From contig CAXHAT010000231.1 in the NCBI GenBank assembly GCA_964014485.1, forward strand, positions 1 to 11,278: a stretch of DNA of 11,278 nt, in the 5' to 3' direction. The first letter of the stretch is position 1. Every line of letters begins with the position of its first letter. This stretch comes from an uncultured Deferribacteres bacterium. Its GTDB lineage: Bacteria > Zhuqueibacterota > Zhuqueibacteria > Zhuqueibacterales > Geothermadaptataceae. Below, one piece after another: positions 6,544 through 11,278 of this stretch. Under the pieces are notes generated by a model. The model did no database searches, had not been told where the DNA came from, and saw nothing but the letters and a program-made list of their open reading frames with translations. A program made the translations under genes and the position numbers.

Positions 6544-6586
6544 AAAAGGCGTTATTCGAACAATTCGAATAACGCCTTTTTATTTT
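6544..6586 (+). terminator. Rho-independent terminator ending the lipoprotein array (possibly bidirectional)
   Basis: Perfect 17-bp inverted repeat AAAAGGCGTTATTCGAA (6544-6560) / TTCGAATAACGCCTTTT (6564-6580) followed by TATTTT. Confidence 0.85.
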
Positions 6587-6606
6587 GTCAGTACCCGCTG
6601 TTTATC

Positions 6607-6644
6607 TTGCATCGCTGGCGGTTGAGCGGTATGATTGATATAAT
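6607..6644 (+). promoter_or_regulatory. Putative sigma70 promoter of the hybrid two-component gene
   Basis: TTGCAT (6607-6612), 17 nt, TATGAT (6630-6635). An adjacent extended -10 TGaTATAAT lies at 6636-6644. Confidence 0.6.
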
Positions 6645-6712
6645 ATACGGAGCTTTCCTCAGTTTAATATTTATCAAAAGCCTAACCGCCGCCAATCGTT
6701 CTAACGAGCACA

Positions 6713-9700
6713 GTGGGTTTCATGAATCTTCGATCGAGAATTGTACATCTTGACCTCATATTGATAACGGTTTGCCTCTCTGTTGCGTCAGCGCACGCTC
6801 AAGACGGATTCCAGAAACGCCTGAAATTCGAACACATCACCGTTGAAGACGGGCTTGCAGCCAACCGGACATGGGACGTTTTGCAAGACAGTAAAGGCTT
6901 CATGTGGTTCGCGACCTCAAACGGGGTCAATCGCTACGACGGCTACAACATGAAACTCATCGACAGGAATGAGACAGGATTGTTGAAAGCAAACGCCGTC
7001 TGGTCGCTCATGGAGGACGAGCGCGGCCGGTTGTGGATCGGCGCCAATGGCGGGGGTCTCTCTCGTTACGATCGTGCAACCCAATCGATTCAGAGCTTTT
7101 TCGAAACTGTTCGAAAAGGGCGAATCGGCGGCCAGACAATCAGACGGATCCATGCTTCGAAGCAGACCCCTGGACTATACTGGGTGGCGGTTCATGGGCG
7201 AGGTTTGTCCAGAATGACAACGAGTGCGTCCGGCGACATGGAGATCGTCCATTTTGATAAGAGTACGCTTGACCCGAATGCAATCTCCTCATACGGCGTG
7301 AGTCAAATGTATGAAGATCGCAACGGAACTTTGTGGTTAGGGACCGGTTTAGGCGTGGTTCGACTTGATTCAGACAGCCCTGGCGCCGATCCACAGCAGA
7401 TCACTTTTACAAAGTTCACAGTCGATTCGGCGCAGGGAAACGAACGCCCTTTTCGTCATGTTGACGCCTTTCTGGAAGATCGCTACGGCAGATTGTGGAC
7501 GGCTGGCCAGGACGGACTAGGTTTCCTGGACCCAGCTCGAGAAAAAATAATTATTTATGCGTTCAAGCCTGAATTAGGTCTAACCGCCCCGCCAAGATAT
7601 ATCAGAGACATGCTTGAAGACCGCGACGGGCACCTATGGCTCGCTTCAACGCGTGAAGGGCTCTACCATCTTCGCCGAAAAGGAACCGAAATTGTTGCCG
7701 TGGACCGGTATACGCATGATCCTGACGATCCGCTGAGTCTGAGCAGTGATGACGTTCGCTCCATCTGCGAAGATCGCAACGGCGCGCTTTGGGCGGCGAC
7801 CTTTTACGGCGGGATCAATAAATCGATCAAGAGCAAGTTCACCGCACTGCGCCATGAACCCAACGAGCCCAACAGCCTTGTTCGAAACAATGTCACCGCG
7901 GTGTGGGAAAGTGAGGCGGCCGGCGAGCGCTACATTCTGGTTGGCACGCGCGAGGGCGGCGTCACGCGGATTCGCTTTCGCGGCAGGCGGGAACCGGAAT
8001 ACACGCACTACCAGCATGATCCGAATAACCGCGCCACACTGAGCGGCAACTCTATTCTCGCGATCCGGGAATCACTTGAGCGTCGGGGGAAATTCTGGAT
8101 CGGCCTGGATAAAGGCGGTCTCAATGAACTCGACGTTTCCACGGGCCACGTTGTTCGCTATAATGAGCAACGCGGCCCCGATATCGCCCGCAACGTTCGA
8201 CAGATTTACGAATCGCCGCTTGAGCCGGGCGTCCTCTGGCTGGGCGCCAATGGCGGCGGATTAATGCAATTTGATTCAAGGACGCAAAAGTTCACTTCGA
8301 TTCAACACAGAAGCAATAATTTTCTTGGCAGTGCGCTGAGATCCATTTTGCAAATTGTCCGCCTGCCAGGCTCCCCAGAAGTCTTGTCCGTGCGCGCAGG
8401 GCAGGAACTGTATGGCGTCTATCCTTCTCCGTACCTTCCGTCTGGGGCGGAAAGCAGCGAGTCATTCAACCAAGCGCGCCTCAGACAGATCAATATGATT
8501 GAGAGACAGGCCGATTCATTGCTCATTCTCCGCCAAATGAGACGCCCGAGACTCCATCCGACTAAAGACGGCGAATACTGGTACAGAACCCGCGACGGCC
8601 TGGCTAAATTTGATGAAAAATCACAGCAAATGATCTTCTTTGGGACGGCGGAAGGCTTGCCCCATAGCGAAACGCATGGCATGCTGGAAGATGATCATGG
8701 GAATTTTTGGATCGGCACGAACAACGGTTTAGCCCGATTTGATCGGCGAACGAACACTTTCAAATCGTATGACGTCTCCGACGGTTTGTCTGGCAACGGC
8801 TTCGTCTCCAGATCTTTCCACAAGGGTCGCAGCGGGCGATTCTATTTTGGCACGACAAACGGCTTGACCATTTTTCACCCCGATAGCGTACAGGACAATA
8901 CGCAGCCGCCACAGGTTGCGATCACGGAATTTACGCTTCTCGGTGAAGAAGACGGAGAGCGATCAAACGCGTGGGTGGAGAACATGCTTCGAAAGAACCA
9001 GCCGGCGATCACTGAGCACCTGAACTTGCCGTATGCACAAAACGGCTTCACCATTGAATTTGCCGCTTTAGACTACACCGCTCCTGAAAAAAACCGTTAC
9101 GCCTATCGCATGGACGGCCTGGATGACATGTGGGTTTCTTCCGGCAATCGACGGTTCGCCACTTACAACAACCTCGCTCCCGGCGACTATGTTTTTCGCG
9201 TCAAGGGCAGCGACGGCGTCTGGAACGAAACGGGCGCTTCGATGAAGATCACGATTCTGCCGCCGTGGTGGCGAACAGGCTGGGCGTATGCGTTCTATGC
9301 GTTTTTGGGCTTCGCCTTGTTCTATGCTCTGCGCCGAAACGACGTCAAGCGTCGCGAATTGCGCCATGAGGCGGAGATGCGTAAGCTCGAAGCGGAAAAG
9401 TTTCAGGAGCTTGATCATCTCAAATCCGGTTTTTTCGCCAACATCTCCCACGAATTCCGTACGCCTTTGACTTTGATTATGGGACAAATCGAAAGCGTAA
9501 AATCGACTTTGCGAAACCACGAGAGCGACTCAAAGCTCTCCATGGCTCTGCGTAATGCCAAACAGCTTTTGAATTTGATCAATCAACTTCTTGATCTTTC
9601 GAAGCTGGAAGCGAGAAAAATGCAGCTCAGCGCCTCGACGGGCGACATGCTTCCCTTGCTCAAGAGCTTGACGTACTCGTTTGAGTCTCTCGCTGATCAA

Positions 9701-10996
9701 AAGAAGATAGATTTGCAGTTTGAATGCGAATCCGATCATATTTATGCCCATTTTGACCAGGAAAAGATTGAGCGCATCATGTACAACCTGCTCTCAAACG
9801 CGGTCAAGTTTACCCCGGAAGGCGGGAGGATCAGTGTGCTGTTAGCTGTAAACAGTGAACTGAAATCCGTCGATGATCAGCTTACAGATCACAGTTTACA
9901 GATCACCGTCCGCGACAGCGGTATGGGTATTCCGCAGGATCGTCTGCCGCATATTTTTGATCGTTTTTATCAGGTTGACGCCTCGCAAGTGCGGGAACAT
10001 GAAGGCACGGGCATCGGCCTGGCTTTGGTCAAAGAACTGGTCGAATTGCACCGGGGCAAAATTTCAGTCGAGAGCGCCGTCGGATTCGGCGCGACGTTTA
10101 CGGTTCAGCTGCCGGTGATCAATGAACAATTACCAATAGAAGGATCGCTTCCGGAGCGCGGCGAGCATGCTTTTTCGCCGGTTGACGATGTTGTCGTTAA
10201 TGCGATTGAGCAGCCGGCGGCCAAAAGCCAAGAGCCAACCACCGACGGAGATTTTATTCTGATCGTCGAAGACAACCCGGACGTGCGCGCGTTTGTGCGC
10301 CAGAATTTGCAGGACGACTATCGCCTTATCGAAGCCGAAAACGGCGAGGAAGGCTTCACCAAAGCGCACGAATACATGCCCGATCTGATCATCTCGGACG
10401 TGATGATGCCGAAAGTCGACGGCTACGAACTGGCGCGGCGACTGCGTGCAGACGAGGCGACCAACCATATCCCCATCATCATGCTGACCGCCAAGGCCGC
10501 CGAGGAAGAAAAAATTGAAGGCTTGGAAAGCGGGGTTGACGCTTACTTGCTCAAACCGTTCAGCACCAAGGAACTGCAAGTCCGCGTGCGGAAATTGATT
10601 GAGCGCCAAAAGCAACTGGCGACGCGTTTGGCTGAAGCGACGCCGCAAAACGTTCGTAAAGAAGAAGTTTCCCCCGCCGTCCGGGAATTTCTCGAACGCC
10701 TGAATGAAATCGTCGAAGAGCATTTGGCTGATGAAGATTTTCAGGTCGATCAACTGTGTCGGAAAATCGGTCTGAGTCGTCGGCAATTGCAGCGCAAACT
10801 CAAGTCTGTATTAGATTGTTCGCCCGCCGTTTATATGCGCAGAGCGCGATTAGAGCGCGCCAAAGAACTGCTCCTGACTTCCAGGCACACCGTCTCGGAA
10901 GTCTCCTTCATGGTCGGTTACGGCGACGTTTCCGCCTTCGCCCGCGCCTTCCGGGAAGCCTACCAAAAGCCGCCATCCGAATTCTTGAAAAGCTGA
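6713..10996 (+). CDS. Hybrid two-component system sensor kinase/response regulator with C-terminal AraC HTH (start GTG 6713 or ATG 6722)
   Basis: Signal peptide (ASAHA-QD); propeller repeats (EDxxGxLWIGxxxGL); Y_Y_Y domain (YAYRMDG..ATYNNLAPGDYVFRV); TM after PPWW (9266-9331); H-box FFANISHEFRTPL (His 9449-9451); NLLSNAVKF, DSGMGI, GTGIGL; receiver LIVEDN, DLIISDVMMP (Asp 10397-10399), LTAK, KPF; AraC HTH LSRRQLQRKLK..VSEVSFMVGY..FARAFR. Confidence 0.95.
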   Translation: MGFMNLRSRIVHLDLILITVCLSVASAHAQDGFQKRLKFEHITVEDGLAANRTWDVLQDSKGFMWFATSNGVNRYDGYNMKLIDRNETGLLKANAVWSLMEDERGRLWIGANGGGLSRYDRATQSIQSFFETVRKGRIGGQTIRRIHASKQTPGLYWVAVHGRGLSRMTTSASGDMEIVHFDKSTLDPNAISSYGVSQMYEDRNGTLWLGTGLGVVRLDSDSPGADPQQITFTKFTVDSAQGNERPFRHVDAFLEDRYGRLWTAGQDGLGFLDPAREKIIIYAFKPELGLTAPPRYIRDMLEDRDGHLWLASTREGLYHLRRKGTEIVAVDRYTHDPDDPLSLSSDDVRSICEDRNGALWAATFYGGINKSIKSKFTALRHEPNEPNSLVRNNVTAVWESEAAGERYILVGTREGGVTRIRFRGRREPEYTHYQHDPNNRATLSGNSILAIRESLERRGKFWIGLDKGGLNELDVSTGHVVRYNEQRGPDIARNVRQIYESPLEPGVLWLGANGGGLMQFDSRTQKFTSIQHRSNNFLGSALRSILQIVRLPGSPEVLSVRAGQELYGVYPSPYLPSGAESSESFNQARLRQINMIERQADSLLILRQMRRPRLHPTKDGEYWYRTRDGLAKFDEKSQQMIFFGTAEGLPHSETHGMLEDDHGNFWIGTNNGLARFDRRTNTFKSYDVSDGLSGNGFVSRSFHKGRSGRFYFGTTNGLTIFHPDSVQDNTQPPQVAITEFTLLGEEDGERSNAWVENMLRKNQPAITEHLNLPYAQNGFTIEFAALDYTAPEKNRYAYRMDGLDDMWVSSGNRRFATYNNLAPGDYVFRVKGSDGVWNETGASMKITILPPWWRTGWAYAFYAFLGFALFYALRRNDVKRRELRHEAEMRKLEAEKFQELDHLKSGFFANISHEFRTPLTLIMGQIESVKSTLRNHESDSKLSMALRNAKQLLNLINQLLDLSKLEARKMQLSASTGDMLPLLKSLTYSFESLADQKKIDLQFECESDHIYAHFDQEKIERIMYNLLSNAVKFTPEGGRISVLLAVNSELKSVDDQLTDHSLQITVRDSGMGIPQDRLPHIFDRFYQVDASQVREHEGTGIGLALVKELVELHRGKISVESAVGFGATFTVQLPVINEQLPIEGSLPERGEHAFSPVDDVVVNAIEQPAAKSQEPTTDGDFILIVEDNPDVRAFVRQNLQDDYRLIEAENGEEGFTKAHEYMPDLIISDVMMPKVDGYELARRLRADEATNHIPIIMLTAKAAEEEKIEGLESGVDAYLLKPFSTKELQVRVRKLIERQKQLATRLAEATPQNVRKEEVSPAVREFLERLNEIVEEHLADEDFQVDQLCRKIGLSRRQLQRKLKSVLDCSPAVYMRRARLERAKELLLTSRHTVSEVSFMVGYGDVSAFARAFREAYQKPPSEFLKS
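9841..9909. repeat. In-frame heptamer-periodic palindrome within the HATPase domain
   Basis: CTGTAAACAGTGAACTG (9846-9862) vs CAGATCACAGTTTACAG (9885-9901), 15/17 complementary; TTACAGATCAC repeated at 9882 and 9896 (period 14). Confidence 0.6.
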
Positions 10997-11032
10997 CTTC
11001 CTGAACATCTTCTCGAAACTTTATTGCCTGTA

Positions 11033-11108
11033 CGGCCAATTCTGCACGACGAATGGCCGATTCTGCATAGTAATGGCCAACACTGCATGAAGATTGGCCG
11101 ACCCTGCC
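11033..11108 (+). promoter_or_regulatory. Second four-unit direct-repeat array, candidate AraC/HTCS operator for a downstream gene
   Basis: CGGCCAATTCTGCA (11033-11046), TGGCCGATTCTGCA (11054-11067), TGGCCAACACTGCA (11074-11087), TGGCCGACCCTGCC (11095-11108); spacing 21/20/21. Confidence 0.8.
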
Positions 11109-11131
11109 GAGCATAGCTTACCTTCCCGAAC

Positions 11132-11137
11132 TATCTT
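11132..11137 (+). promoter_or_regulatory. Putative -10 element (TATCTT) of the downstream activator-dependent promoter
   Basis: 23 nt after the last repeat unit, matching the TATCCT placement at 228-233. Confidence 0.45.
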
Positions 11138-11232
11138 ATCCCCGCAAATAAACACGACTCCTTTGAGCTTCACATCTTTGACGAACGAAACACGATGCAT
11201 TCAGAAATGACGGCGATTAAATCGTGTCCATC

Positions 11233-11257
11233 CGGAAACGCCCCCAAGGCGTTTCTG
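11233..11257 (+). other. Stem-loop in the putative downstream leader
   Basis: GAAACGCC (11235-11242) / GGCGTTTC (11248-11255), loop CCCAA, extendable by G-U and C-G pairs. Confidence 0.4.
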
Positions 11258-11278
11258 AGTTATTTTCAGACAGCTTGA

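Noticed and set aside
53..10786. Numerous minus-strand and alternate-frame ORFs of 60-218 aa
   Set aside because: Nearly all overlap the six well-supported genes and lack recognisable motifs, consistent with shadow ORFs. 53..325 runs across the operator/promoter region.
11195..11278. 27-codon ORF MHSEMTAIK...
   Set aside because: Very short, no SD and no recognisable features. More likely leader sequence.

Overview
Bacterial window with six + strand genes. Five tandem paralogous lipoproteins (361-6413) each have a lipobox Cys at residue 19, a ~62-65 aa divergent but length-conserved stalk, a near-invariant SKITVPDDY(P/A)TIQ cap, a right-handed parallel beta-helix (pectin-lyase-like/NosD-CASH type) and a C-terminal Cys pair. 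They are followed by a strong intrinsic terminator and a 1427-aa hybrid two-component system (beta-propeller sensor, Y_Y_Y, TM, HisKA, HATPase, receiver, AraC HTH). The most notable non-coding signal is a four-unit direct-repeat array (core yGGCCrAttCTGCA, spacing 21/20/21) found both upstream of the lipoprotein array and downstream of the regulator. Each copy is followed 23-24 nt later by a TATC(C/T)T -10-like box, so these are candidate AraC/HTCS operators linking the regulator to the lipoprotein array. Four of the five intergenic spacers carry hairpins from several palindromic repeat types, and a 7-nt-periodic repeat also appears in frame inside the kinase gene. No CRISPR array, RNA gene, transposase or reverse transcriptase was seen. 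Functions are inferred from motifs only; no searches were run.
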